From Chiloscyllium plagiosum (lineage: Eukaryota): a DNA stretch of 20,000 nt. Both the position numbers and the translations under genes were made by a program. A model generated the notes under the pieces. The model was not told where the DNA came from and did not search any database. It worked only from the letters and a program-made list of their open reading frames with translations. Position 1 is the stretch's first letter. The number at the start of each line of letters is the position of its first letter. The stretch is taken from positions 89,519,137 through 89,539,136 of the forward strand of contig NC_057718.1 of NCBI RefSeq assembly GCF_004010195.1, given 5' to 3'. This document shows, one piece after another, positions 1-11,125 of the stretch.

Positions 1-264
1 GGGAGACCTCCTCTCATTGGCTGCTGGGGGAGGTGACACCACTAGAGGCTGCCTCCAGGAGCTGCGAGCCAATCAAAACGCTAGTACCTCAGCAGCGCCA
101 CAGGGCAGCGGTGGCCATGACCAGGATTGCACCATAAAAAGGACTGACCCCTCCAACAGCCCAACCTGACTCCCACCCTCTATGACACCACAGCCAGGAA
201 AGTGGGGTCAAGGGACCAAGAGGGATTGTTCTCCAGGAGAGGCAATGTGCATTAGGACGCAGTA

Positions 265-278
265 TGTGTCAGAGAGAC

Positions 279-330
<52 letters not shown>

Positions 331-410
331 TCAGTGTGTGTGCGAGGGGGATATGGCGTGAGAGAGGAACAGTGTATGAGAGAGGGACAGTGTGTGTGTG
401 AGGGGCGTCA
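265..410. repeat. Compound (TG)n/(AG)n microsatellite with degenerate flanks
   Basis: Directly visible tgtgtgtgtgtg followed by a long agag run. Confidence 0.9.
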
Positions 411-412
411 GT

Positions 413-876
413 ATAAGAACATAAGAAATAGAAGTAGGTCAGCCCACTCCACAATTCTGATCTTGTAGTGGCTTCACCTCCACTTACCCGCTCGCTCACC
501 ATAATCCTTAACTCCTTCACTGTTCAAAAATCTATTTATCTTTGCCTTAAAAATGCAGAAGCCTCAACTGCTTCACTGGGCAGGGAATTCCACCGATTCA
601 CAACCCTCGGGGTGAAGAATTTCCTCCTCAACTCAGTCCGAAATCTGCTCCCTCTTATTTTGATGCTATGCCCCCTGGTTATAGTTGCACCCACCAGCAG
701 AAACAACCACCCAGCTTCTGTCTGATCCATTCCCTTCATAATTTTAAATGCTTCTATAAGATTCCCCCCAGTACTTCTAAATTCCAATGTGTATAGTTCC
801 AGTCTACTCAATCTCTCCTCATAAGCCATCCCCCTCGACTCCGGAATCAACCCAGTGAACCTCCTCTGTACTCCCT
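413..876 (-). mobile_element. CR1-clade LINE 3' fragment (ORF2 C-terminus plus 3' UTR)
   Basis: ORF 536..952 encodes GVQRRFT..YEERLSRL.LYTLE..TRGHSIK..FFTPRVVNRWNSLP, typical of the CR1 ORF2 end. The tail reads TTCTTATGTTCTTAT. Confidence 0.9.
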
Positions 877-1463
877 GTAAATGTGAGGGGCTCAGTGTGT
901 GGGAGACAGACAGTGTTTGTGAGAAGGTTAGAGTGCATAGGGTAGGCAGCATTTATGGCAGGAATTTGTGTGCAGAGTGGTGGATAGTGTGTCGAAGAGC
1001 AAGTATGAGCAGCAGGAATAATGTGTGTCGCAAGGGACACGTACTATCTTTGACCTAGTTAGCGGTGCTAGAAGTAACACTTAAAGTTGTCAAACCATTT
1101 ACACCTGAAAGCAATATATTCTGCTACAAAATAAATTGTGGGATAGCGTCTGCTTGAGTCTAACGGAACATTTTCCTTCAGATGTGAGTCACTGGTTTAG
1201 TCATTGATTTAATGACTCACCAGTCAAATCTGCTTTCCAGAAAACAGCCAAAGTTTCAGCTTTCAAGGTTGGAATTACTGTCACTGAGCCTAAACTGTTT
1301 AAGCTGTTAGGTACTGCTGTGAACGGTGTACAATTACCAGTTAGGAAAGAGTTGTGTAAATGCCCTGTTAACAATATCAGAGCCCGGAGCAAGCTGATGT
1401 TAAATTGCTTTGCTCAGAGATTCCCTGGTCCCCTGCAGAGAGCCCACAGGGCCCCACACAAAC

Positions 1464-1820
1464 CTTTGCTTTCTGCCAGCATTCTACAAGCTCTTCGTCT
1501 GTTGTTTTGTCCTGCAGCTGGGACAGGCTGTGTGAGCAGGCCGTGAGACTGGCCTTGAACTCCGTAAGGTCCTTGTCCAGCTGAGCGACCTGTGCCTGGA
1601 ACTCCTGCTCGGAGCTAGTGGTCTGACTGAGCATGGTCTCCAGGCCGCTCTGCGCCTGCAGGGTGCTCTCCTCCCACTGCTGCCAGTCCGTCCGCAGGGC
1701 ATCCAACTCCCTGGCCAGTGCCTCCCGCCCGCTCGCTGCCGTCTGCTCGCCCACCTCTGCGGCCAGAGCCTCCACTCTGTTCAGACGCTCCCTGCCATTC
1801 CGTCTGGAAACGATCAGCTC
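1464..1820 (-). CDS. SYNE1: Nesprin-1 internal exon E (357 nt; ELIVSRRNGRERL...TDEELVECWQKAK)
   Basis: Acceptor CCATTTCTCAG|GAG and donor AAG|GTTTGT. The motifs ALRTDWQQWEES, SEQEFQAQVAQL and TDEELVECW resemble human nesprin-1. Phase 0 to 0. Confidence 0.93.
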
Positions 1821-2314
1821 CTGAGAAATGGAAAGCATTCACTGTCACCAGTCCTGTCATAACTGTTTGTGTAAGCCCTCCTGAAAGTTCACAGTTGAGC
1901 AAGCGCTGCGTAACATCCTGCAGAGGATGTTAACCCTCACACTGCCCACGGGCAAGGTAAGGGAGGAGGCTTTCCACAGACCCAATCACCCTCGACATTT
2001 CTTCGCAACAACTGACTGCATTTACGTAACTCCTGGAACGAAGTAAAAACCCCCCTCCTGCCTCCCCCCAGAGCAACAGACAAAACTAACACAGAGGCAC
2101 GTGAGGGAGTCTGTTAAAAATACACAACATACAGTCAAAGGTAAAGTAAAATTTCAGATCGTGAGCAGGATAAACTGTACAGTTGATCTTCAGGACATTC
2201 ACCACACAGCGATCTTACTAACCCTGCAGGGCAAGCTTTCGGGAGATAATTAAGGACAGTTTCAACACCTCAAAAGTAAGCATTTGCAAAGTACAATGAT
2301 ATGGCGCCTGTTGT

Positions 2315-2720
2315 AACACTCTTGCCCTGGAGTAACGCAGTTTCAGGACCAAGTGCCCACACTGGGGATGGCACACTAGTAATAACGCTGACACTGGAGT
2401 GCAGTGCTGAGGTGGTGCTGCCCTGTCAACAGTGCTATATCTCAATGAGAATTTGAACCAGTCTGCCAGCATGGGTAGACGTAAAGGATCCTGTGGCCCT
2501 ATTTTGGGAGTAGAGCACGGGTGTCCTTGTCAATATTAAGTTCTCAAACAGCAGATTACCGGGTCAATTGCTATCGCATTGCTGACTGTGGGAGCTTGCT
2601 GTGCACAAATTGACTGCCACACATCCTACTTTATGATATTGACAAAGTATACTCCATTGGTTGTAAAGTGCTTTGAGAATGTCCAGTGGTTAAGAAAGGT
2701 GCTACATAAATGCAAGTCCT
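2315..2720 (+). mobile_element. Deu-domain SINE (AmnSINE1/SacSINE1-like), old copy
   Basis: Contains gtaaaggatcctgtggccctatt, tgtgggagcttgctgtgcacaaattgactgcc and the tail aaaggtgctacataaatgcaagt, all resembling the recalled Deu-SINE consensus. Confidence 0.65.
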
Positions 2721-2729
2721 TAATCGTTC

Positions 2730-2865
2730 TGGGTCTGTTCTGGGCACTGCACTTTTTAAAGGATATCAGGGGTTTGGAGAGAGTGGGGTGGAGGTGTAAG
2801 GAACGAAGGATTTCAGTTATATGTGGAGGCTAGAGAAACTGGGATTATCCTCTTTAGAGCTGGGG
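2730..2865 (+). mobile_element. Degenerate CR1 ORF2 fragment
   Basis: Translates to FWALHFLKDIRGLERV, followed by RLEKLGL-like sequence. Confidence 0.65.
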
Positions 2866-2874
2866 AAAATATTG

Positions 2875-3350
2875 GGGAGGTGATGGCCTAATGGGAGAAT
2901 TGCTGGATTGTTAATCCAGGTAATGGCTTTGGGGATTCAGGTTTGAATCCTTCCATGTCAGATGGGGAATTTGAATTCAATAAAAGTCTGGAATTAAGAG
3001 TCTTGGATTTGAACCCGAGTCCCCAGAACGTTACGTGGCTCACTGGATTACCAGCCCAGCGATTATACCATGAGGCCATCACCTTCCGCAGCTCTGAGAA
3101 GGACAATCTCAATTTCTCTAGTCTCCACTAATATTGAACCATTACAAACCCATTGTCAATTGTTAAAAAAAACCCACCTGGTTCACTAACTCCCTTTAGG
3201 GAAGGAAGCTGCCATCCTTACCTGGTCAGGCCTACATGTGACTCCAGACCCACTGCAATGTGGCTGGCTCTCAATCGCCCACTGGACAATTAGGGATGGG
3301 CAATAAATGCTGACTAGTCAGTGTTGCCCCATGTCATGAATGAATTAAAG
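2875..3350 (+). mobile_element. tRNA-derived shark SINE (family A) with an internal 144-bp insertion
   Basis: A/B-box-like head, core gaatttgaattcaataaa..ctggaattaag, ctggttcactaa..ctttagggaagga and tail aattagggatgggcaataaatgctg. Homologous to other copies in this window. Confidence 0.75.
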
Positions 3351-3355
3351 AAAAC

Positions 3356-3658
3356 GGGATGGCTCAGTGGTTAGCACTGCTGCCTCACAGCGGCTGGGAC
3401 CCAGGTTGGATTCCAGCCTCGGGTGACTATCTGTGTGGAGTTTGTACATTCTCCCCGTGTCTGTGTGGGTTTCCTCCGGGTGCTCCAGTTCCAAAGATGT
3501 ACAGGTCAGGTGATTTGGCCGTGTTAAATTGCCCATAGTATTCAGGGATGTGCAGGTTAGGTGCATTGGTCAGGGCTAAGTGTAGAGTAATAGGGTAGGG
3601 GAGTGGGTCTGGGTGGGTTACTCTTCGGAGAGTCGGTGTGGACTTAGGGATTCTATGA
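3356..3658 (+). mobile_element. HE1-type V-SINE
   Basis: Head tggctcagtggttagcactgctgcctcacag, V-domain tgtggagtttgtacattctccccgtgtctg..gggtttcctccgggtgctcc and tail gattctatga. Confidence 0.85.
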
Positions 3659-3734
3659 CAAAAATGATGCAAGGCATAAAACCCCTAAGGGACAATGATG
3701 ATGATAATACTGCACTGAATACTACACCCATCAC

Positions 3735-4030
3735 TGGTTGCCCAGAGGGCAGCTGAGAGCCAGCCATAATACAGCGGGTCTGGAGTCATATGTAGGCCAG
3801 ACCAGGTAAGGATGGCATTTTCCTTCCCTAAAGGGCATCAATGAACCAGGTGGGTTTTTCCAACAATTGACAAGGGATTTATAGTCATCATGAGACTCTT
3901 AATTCCAGATTTTTATTGAATTCAAATTTCCCCATCTGCCATGGAAGGATTTGAACCCGAGTCCCCAGAACATTACGTGGCTCACTGGATTACCAGCCCA
4001 GCGATTATACCATGAGGCCATCACCTTCCG
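3735..4030 (-). mobile_element. tRNA-derived shark SINE (family A), inverted relative to 2875-3350
   Basis: The reverse complement aligns with 2875-3300 and with 18830-19300. Confidence 0.75.
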
Positions 4031-4199
4031 CAGCTCTGAGAAGTTCAATCCCAATTTCTCTAGTCTCCACTAATATTGAACCATTACAAAGCTCCAACAA
4101 TCAACAGAGAGGCGAACATGGAGGAACAACATTAGGAAAATCAATCAATAAAGTTGCTAAGGATGGAGCTAGAGAGAGTAAAACCCTTGGTCTGCATCA

Positions 4200-4760
4200 A
4201 ACAGATCTGCACATCATAAGGCAATTTAGCAAAAAGACAGCCGAGGTGCAGTTACACCTTTGCAAGATGTCACTAGAAATAGAAATTATTCCCGAAAACT
4301 GGGAGAGCAGGTAGTGTTATTCCTATGTTTTAAAAGGGAACTAGAACAAGGAGATATAGACTGGCTTGATACTTGTGATAAAAATGGTAATTATTATCCT
4401 TACTCAAAGTGACAATGGGGAGTAATGTCAGAAATAGAAGCAGAATGAAATGTGCTCAGGGGAGATATGAATCTTTTGAACACTGGAACAACACAAGGGA
4501 AAGAGGAGATGAGGGTCATGTGCTCGATGTAATATAGTTGGACTTTCTAACAACTTTCCACAAAGTCCTCAACCGTAGACTCATGACTAAGACCACAGCA
4601 GGGGTCATAGGACAAGAAGCAGAATGAATCAAAATCTGACAACAAAATGACAGAAAAGAAAGTCAAGGCAAAGCATAGCCAGACAAATTAGTAAATGGAG
4701 TGGCACAGCATTCCACAGGGGATGGGCGCTGGGCCGTGCTGTGAAGAGACAGTCACCACT
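4200..4760 (+). mobile_element. Highly decayed CR1 reverse transcriptase fragment
   Basis: Remnants resembling IPENW..A.VIP.FKKG and DVI.LDF..FHKV, with frameshifts and stops. Confidence 0.5.
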
Positions 4761-4865
4761 TGGATTGAGAAACTCTCTCATCTACTACACCGCCGCGTTT
4801 CCCAGGTCCTGGGAATCCCATGCAACAGCTATTACATTAACTGCACCGTGAGAGCCTCTTACTGT

Positions 4866-5147
4866 GGCACGGTGGCTCAGTGGTTAGCACTGCTGCCTCC
4901 TAACAGTAGGGACTAGGTTCAATTCCACACTTGGGCGACTGTTTGCATGTGGAGTTTGCATGCTCTCCCATGTCTGTGTGGTGCTCCGGTTTCCTCCCAC
5001 AGTCCAAAGATGTGTGGATTAGGTGGATTGGCCATGAGGAAATGCAGGGTTATAGGTAGGGGGTAGTGCTCAGTGCCTTTGAATGGGTGGTGTGGGACCC
5101 GATGGGCCAAATGGCCTGCTTCCATACTATAGCGATTCTATGATTCT
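4866..5147 (+). mobile_element. HE1-type V-SINE
   Basis: Head ggcacggtggctcagtggttagcactgctgcctc, V-domain and tail gggccaaatggcctgcttcc..gattctatgattct. Confidence 0.85.
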
Positions 5148-5149
5148 TA

Positions 5150-6095
5150 GAACAGGGCCACTGCAAATGCAGTGAGTTTTGAAGGGTAGTCACTGTTGTA
5201 ATCTTGGAAAAATAGCAGGCAATATGGGCACAGCAAGACTAAAAAAAAACGACCATAGAGTCTTAGAGTCATAGAGATGTACAGCACGGAAACAGACCCT
5301 TCAGTCCAACCTCTCCATGCCGACCAGACATCCCAATCCAATCTAGTCCCACCTGCCAGCACCTGGCCGATGTCCCTCTAAACCCTTCCTATTCATATAT
5401 CCATCCAGATGCCTTTTAAATGCTGTAATTGTACCAGTCTCCACCACTTCCTCTGGCAGCTCATTCCATACACACACCACCCTCTGTGTGAAAAAGTTGC
5501 CCCTTCCGTCTCTTTTATATCTTTCCCCTCTCACCCTAAACCTATGCCCCTCTAGTTCTGGACTCCCCCACCTCGGGGAAAAGGCTTTGTCTATTTACCC
5601 TATCCATACCCTTCATGATTTTATAAACCTCTATGAGGTCACCCCTCAGCCTTCGATGCTCCAGGGAAAACAGCCCCAGCCTATTCAGCGTCTCCCTGTA
5701 GCTCAAGCTCTCCTACCCGGGCAACATCCTTGTAAATCCTTTCTGAACCCTTTCAAGTTTCACAACATCCTTCCTATAGGAGGAAGACCAGAATTTCACA
5801 CAATATTCCAAAAGTGGCCTAACCAATGTCCTGTACAGCCACAACATGACCTCCCAACTCCTGTACTCATACTCTGACCAATTCCAAACGTGACCAGATC
5901 ATCTGTTTGAAGGTTTGAGGGATAAATGATGTTAGGAAACTGGGGAGAGCTCCCTGTGGGTCCTTGGTTTAATGTCTCATCTGATAGATGGCACCACTGC
6001 GCTGTCTTTCAGTGCTGCACTGCCCAGCCAAGGTGCCCAGGTTTCTGAAGAGGGGCTTGAACCCGTGACCAATGAATTCAGAAGGAAGAGGGGAC
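5150..6095 (-). mobile_element. Deu-domain SINE split by a CR1 insertion (parts about 5150-5250 and 5882-6095)
   Basis: The reverse complements of both parts match successive segments of the 2315-2720 copy and the recalled consensus (TCTTGCTGTGCCCATATTG..ATTACAACAGTGACTAC; AAACAGATGATCTGGTCA; GTGCAGCACTGA). Confidence 0.6.
5254..5881 (-). mobile_element. CR1 (HER1-like) LINE 3' fragment, relatively young
   Basis: ORF 5343..5534 reads RGERYKRDGRGNFFTQRVVCVWNELPEEVV. The tail is CTCTATGACTCTAAGACTCTATG. Confidence 0.9.
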
Positions 6096-6189
6096 CTCTG
6101 CTGACACTGTACTGATCGATCTATCCTGCTGCTTATCAGATTCCCATTGTCTAGTTTCTGCGGATCAGAGGCCGGGTAATGATTCCCAC

Positions 6190-6354
6190 CGTGACTTTCT
6201 TCAGCTTTCTCTGCAGGGCTGTCGAGTCTCCCGATAAGTCTGACCAGCGGTGAAGTTCCTCCTTAGCCGAGGTCAGCCAGTTTGTTAGTTCTTGCACGGC
6301 GATGTTATACTGCTGATGGTCTTGCACCTGATCCTCCAGCTTCTTCACCTTCCC
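6190..6354 (-). CDS. SYNE1: Nesprin-1 internal exon D (165 nt; GKVKKLEDQVQDH...SAKEELHRWSDLSGDS...KKVT)
   Basis: Acceptor TTGTTTGCAG|GGG and donor ACG|GTGGGA. SAKEELHRWSD matches the recalled human sequence. Phase 0 to 0. Confidence 0.93.
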
Positions 6355-6459
6355 CTGCAAACAAGAGCAAATCAAGCTGTAAATGCCACCATGTTGAACA
6401 CTGGAAATGTTGTGACCCACAACACATGTGCTTTACACACTGTTTCACATCCCCTAACA

Positions 6460-6795
6460 ACATCCCACCTCCCAGTTTCCTCATTTCCCCTTCCCCCACC
6501 TTATCCCAGATCCAACATTCCAACTCGGCACTGCCCTCTTGAGCTGTCCTACCTGTCCATCTTCCTTCCCAAATATCCACTCTCCCCTCCTCTCCGACCT
6601 TTATCTACCTTCCCCCCAGCCCCACCCCCTTCCCATTTATCTCTCAGCACCCTTGGGCCAGCTCATCATTCCGGATGAAGACCTTATGCCCAAAACATTG
6701 ATTCCCCTGCTCCTCGGATGCTGCCTGACCGGCTGTGCTTTTCCAGCACCACACTCTTCGACTCTGATCTCCAGCATCAGCAGTCCTCACTTTCC
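6460..6795 (+). mobile_element. Penelope-like element terminal fragment
   Basis: Pyrimidine-rich body followed by gatgaagaccttatgcccaaaacattgatt..gatgctgcctgacc..ttttccagca..gatctccagcatc. Same family as 14041-14235, 17008-17221 and 18903-19030. Confidence 0.6.
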
Positions 6796-6896
6796 CCTTC
6801 CCCTCCAGACCTGCTGAGCTTCCCTAGCAATTGTTTGATTCAGGTGAGTCCCCTTGGCTTCAGGAAGTTCACTTGAGAGACTGAAATGTTATCTGC

Positions 6897-7395
6897 ATAG
6901 ATAGGGCCGAGAGTCAGGATCTTTTGCCCAAATGGCTAAAACAAGGGGGCGTGCATTTAAGGTGAGAGGCAGAAAGTTCAAAGGAGATGTGAGGGGTGCG
7001 TTTTTTGATTAGAGATTAGATTCCCTACAGTGTGGAAACAGGCCCATCAGCCCAACAAGTCCACATGGACCCTCTAAAGAGCAACCCACCCAGACCCATC
7101 TCCCTCTGACTAATGCACCTAACACTACGGGCAATTTAGCGCAGCCAATTCACCTGACCTGTACATCTTTGGACTGAAAATGGTAGGACTCTGCAGTGCG
7201 CTACCAGGAGTGATGGTGGAGGCAGATACATTAGAAGCTTTTAAGGGATTTTTAGATAAACACATCAATATGCAAGGAATGGAGGGATATGGACCAAGGG
7301 CAGGCAGAAGGGATTAGTGTAATTTGGTGTCATGCTCAGCACAACTTCATGGGCCAAAGGGCCTGTTCCAGTGCTGTGCTATTCTATGTTCTATG
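6897..7395 (+). mobile_element. CR1 3' fragment interrupted by an antisense HE1 SINE fragment
   Basis: tttaaggtgagaggcagaaagttcaaaggagatgtgaggg resumes after 7176 and ends in the tail attctatgttctatg. Confidence 0.8.
7007..7176 (-). mobile_element. HE1-type SINE 3' half
   Basis: The reverse complement matches the 3' half of the 7540-7836 copy, including the aatctaatct tail. Confidence 0.8.
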
Positions 7396-7539
7396 CTCGA
7401 CTTGCAGATAAATTCAATTGTTATTGAGTAGTTACATATTTTAAGAGTATCTAGGACTATTCCTGCATTCTTTGATTTATTAATATGAGGTGCAATCAGC
7501 ATATTGTTGTATACTTATTAATGTTTATCTAGGCTACAG

Positions 7540-7836
7540 GAGTGGCATAGTGGTTAGCACTGCTGCCTCACAGTGCCAGAGACCTGGGTTCAATTCTAGC
7601 AAAAGGCAACTGTCTGTGTGGAGTTTGCACGTTCTCCCTGTGTCTGCGTGGGTTTCCCCCGTGTGTTCCAGTTTCCTCCCACAGTCCAAAAATGTACAGA
7701 TCAGGTGAATTGGCCATGCTAAATTGCCCGTAGATGTAGGTGTAGGGGAATGGGTCTGGGTGGGTTGCTCTTCAGAGGTTCGGTGTGGACTTGTTGGGCC
7801 GAAGGGCCTGTTTCCACACTGTAAGTAATCTAATCT
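7540..7836 (+). mobile_element. HE1-type V-SINE
   Basis: Head tagtggttagcactgctgcctcacag, V-domain and tail gggccgaagggcctgtttccacactg..taatctaatct. Confidence 0.85.
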
Positions 7837-8117
7837 TAAAAAAAAATGTTAAATTTCTCAGCAAAAATCTTTATCAAGTAGTCAAGTGTGTCATTGTTTG
7901 AAATGAGGGAAACCAAGCACATTGAACAGATGTATCCTTAAGCATAAGCCAGTTTGAAATACTCTAATGATTCATTAGGTTTATTTAAAATTCCTACCAC
8001 TCTCTGCCCACGTTCTCTGTTTGTGCAGAGACTACTGAAGTTACCTTACTTAGAAAATGCCTGCAGGATGTTAAGTAGCAGAATACCTTGTATTCAGAAA
8101 TAAAGGAGATATTACAG

Positions 8118-8233
8118 AGATAGGAAAGGGTTAGAGGAATATGGGCCAAACAGAGGAAAATGGGACTAGTTCAATTTAGGAACGGGCCAGTTGGGTTTAA
8201 GGGCCTGTTTCCATGCGGTATAACTGTGACTCT
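8118..8233 (+). mobile_element. CR1 3' UTR fragment
   Basis: ataggaaagggttagaggaatatgggccaaa..tgggactag..agggcctgtttccatgc. Confidence 0.65.
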
Positions 8234-8399
8234 GCTGGAACTGGGGACTCCTACTGAGCTGTGACTCTCAGGTCCCCTTTCACCCTTCACCCTTGCGCCT
8301 CTGCCAGAGTCAGCACAGTTTCTACACCTTGAAACTCAGACAGATCACATGCCCTGCACAGCAGTGACAGAGTTGGTTACTGTCACACACACACATACA

Positions 8400-9155
8400 T
8401 TGATAAAATGATTAGCAGTGAACATGGATCACTTTACTCTACACAGGAACTGGAAAAATCAGTTTGGCATTGGTACCCAAGAGAGGAGTTCACAAAATTA
8501 TTTCAAAATAATATCTTAGAGCGGGATATTCTGCAACTGGCCAGAGATGAGGCTATAATAGGCTTGATATTGTGTCATGTGGCAGGAACGACGAATGACC
8601 TCAGAGTAAAGGCACCATAATGCAGCAACAATGCCAGCATGATTAAAGTTTACATCCCGTGTGAAAGAGAGAAGAGTGAGTCAAAGACTAGTATCTTAAA
8701 CTTGAAAACTGGCAACTGTCTGGACACGAAAGCTGGGTGAGATGAAGGGGATAATCAATAGAGACACAGTGACTGACGTAGAGTCATAGAGATGTACAGC
8801 ATGGAAACAGAGCCTTTGGTCCAACCTGTCCATGCTGACCAGATATCCCAACCCAATCTAGTCCCATTTGCCAACACTTGGCCCGTAGGTATTTGAGAAG
8901 GAAAGCAGAAGTAATGTGAGGGCTGGTTCTCTACAGAGTGAGAATGAGGTGGTGGGGGAGGGGTGTTAATAGTAGATAATAAGGATCTGGTAGATGGAAT
9001 ACAATGGGGAGAAATGCAAAGATTTTCACTTTAAGAATAAGAAGAGCAGAGCATTATTAAAATGGAAAACAACTGTGGACTCTTGAGGTGTAGAGGGATT
9101 GAAATGTCCTGGTGAGTCCCAAGCAGTTAGTATGCTAGCTTAGCACTGTAATTCA
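8400..9155 (+). mobile_element. Decayed CR1 fragments (endonuclease and RT remnants) with a short antisense CR1 tail at about 8779-8885
   Basis: Remnants such as EEF....N.LE..ILQLARDEAIIGLILC. The segment 8779-8885 matches the tail of 5254-5881. Confidence 0.5.
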
Positions 9156-9708
9156 GTGAAAGGGGCCACCTCAGTGTAGACCTGTGATGGAGTCTGGATG
9201 GCTCATGGGGCAGTGAGCCCCCCCACTCGGGTGTTAAGACGGCCAGGGGAGTGGTTTCCCCAGATAATGTCCGATGGGCACAGAGTGAACATGTCCTTCA
9301 ACCTTACCCTCTCATGGAGCTGAAAATGCAAACTATATTGCGCAAAGGAAGGCTCTTGAACCAGAGAGCAGTTAATTCTGCAACCCTCACATTGGGTTAC
9401 CCATAGAGCAGTGAGGGTGTCAATGGAGGCAAGATGGCGCCAAAGATGGCGACTTCCATTCCAGCAGTAGTGGCGATGGGGACTCATACAAGCCATGACA
9501 GAGCACTTAACAAGAGGAACTGTAAAGTTGGACACTTGTTTAAATTCTTAATTTTCTGCCTTTATATTTTTTTTGGTTTATTTTCCTGTGTTTTAAGATG
9601 ACGTTGGAGAGCATGACAATAAATACACCAAATAAAAACACAATTGTAGTCGATGCTACTTCCCTTACAATGCTGGAGAATCAGACAGGAGCAGAAAGGG
9701 GCAGTTAC

Positions 9709-10018
9709 CTTGGCAACCACAACAATATCGGCAAACTGGGTCCTCATCTCCAGCTGTGCATCCTCCGTGAAAGACGTGTCTCCAGTTCTCTCCAGCAGCT
9801 CCTTGGCTTTCTCAATCAACCGGGAGAGAACGGCCGAGTGCTTCTCGATGTCGGCCAGCAGACTCTGGTGTCGCTCCAGCTGCAAGAGCTTGTCCTTCAG
9901 GTCGTTCTGCAGCTCCAGGCCCTGGCTCACTCCCTGCTCCGTCGCCTCCATCCACTGCTGGAGCTGCTTCTTACTTTCCTGGAACCCGTTCCACTGCACC
10001 ACCACACATTCCAGCTGG
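9709..10018 (-). CDS. SYNE1: Nesprin-1 internal exon C (310 nt; QLECVVVQWNGFQESKKQLQQWME...QFADIVVVAK)
   Basis: Acceptor TTTGCCTTCCAG|C and donor GCCAAG|GTAACT. Shows the spectrin-repeat Trp/heptad pattern. Phase 2 to 0; the split codon AG+C encodes Ser. Confidence 0.93.
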
Positions 10019-10409
10019 CTGGAAGGCAAAGGAGCAACACACGGTTACCAATGGGACACTACTGATGGAAGAATAGCACAAGGATAGATGCTATTCGTAA
10101 TGCATTCCTAACATGCACAACAGGGATTGGTTACACAGTTGAGCAGGCCTGATTTTCTACGGACAGCAGATCCTCCTTTGCATTGGAAATGTGTCTGTGG
10201 CAGGCCTTTCCAGTGTTATCGGTGTTTCCCAGACCTCAGACAGGACCATTGTCCTTTTACAGAAAGAAACCTGATTTAACTCCAGCTAGATGGATGGGTT
10301 TTGAATGGACTAAGTCCTGTCCGTTCAAAGGGTGAGATAACAAGGACCCCCATCAATGGTGGGGAATGGAGATCGTGAAGGTGAGATTATATTCACTATA
10401 CAAGACAGA

Positions 10410-10572
10410 GGTGTAAGTCACCATCATCCCAGAGTCTGTTCTCTCATTGGAGAGAGGGTCACCACGCCTGGGCGAAAGGTAAGCTTTAGAATTCAGGGCC
10501 TTGATTGGTGGACTTCAGCCGACACAGGGATTAAATCCTCTGTTGGCAAACCATCTACTCAGCTGTGCTGAC
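10410..10572 (-). mobile_element. Decayed tRNA-derived SINE (family B)
   Basis: The reverse complement has an agcacagctgag..ccaacagaggatttaatccctgtgtcggctgaag head and caggcgtggtgaccctc, resembling a recalled shark SINE. Confidence 0.4.
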
Positions 10573-10762
10573 CTCTGCCTGGTCACGCGTTGAGCTCTTT
10601 AACTCGGCATTATCAGCCTCCCCTCATATTACCTCACAACGTTAGACGCTGGCAATCCTGAAATACAGAGGGCGGGCTAGAGATCCTGATCAGGGATCCG
10701 AAAGGTGGAAATTGTGAGTTCAAAACTCACCAAGGTCAGCTGTGACCGATCTCATCATTTGA

Positions 10763-10985
10763 AGTCATTGAGATGTACAGCTATGGAAACAGACCCTTCG
10801 GTCCAACCCGTCCATGCCGAGCAGATATCCCAACCCAATCTAGTCCCACCTGCCAGCACCCGGCCCATTTCCCTCCAAACCCTTCCCATTCATGTACCCA
10901 TCTAAATGCCTCTTAAATGTTGCAATTGTACCAACCTCCACCACATCCTCTGGCAGTTCATTCCATACATGTACCACCCTCTGCT
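10763..10985 (-). mobile_element. CR1 3' fragment
   Basis: Near-colinear with 5268-5488. Confidence 0.85.
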
Positions 10986-11125
10986 TGAAGGGGCACTGAC
11001 TGAAAGTTGGGTTGGAGATGGGTTTAGGTCGAGAAACAGTTTTTTTTTGTTTGGACTTTAAACCTATCTCCGACCAAACATCTGAAGATTAAAATTCTGC
11101 TCATATTATCTGAATGTTTTACAGA

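Noticed and set aside
1..260. Promoter suggested by CCAAT/ATTGG boxes (also at about 19424)
   Set aside because: These are short motifs deep inside an intron, and the segments resemble decayed dispersed repeats. There is no CpG island or TSS evidence.
536..952. 138-aa ORF as a stand-alone gene or active reverse transcriptase
   Set aside because: It is only the C-terminal tail of a truncated CR1 ORF2 fused to simple-repeat sequence. The same applies to 5343-5534, 12110-12454 and 18417-18761.
3356..3430. tRNA gene
   Set aside because: The A/B boxes belong to a SINE head followed by a V-domain, and there is no complete cloverleaf. The same applies to the other SINE heads.
9562..9708. Alternative terminal exon by read-through of exon C (48 extra residues, AATAAA at 9577-9582 on the minus strand)
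   Set aside because: The signal lies upstream of the stop codon in an A-rich tract and the peptide looks random. It cannot be supported without 3'-end data.
9598..10087. 155-aa and 144-aa plus-strand ORFs
   Set aside because: They are antisense shadows of the GC-rich SYNE1 exon C.
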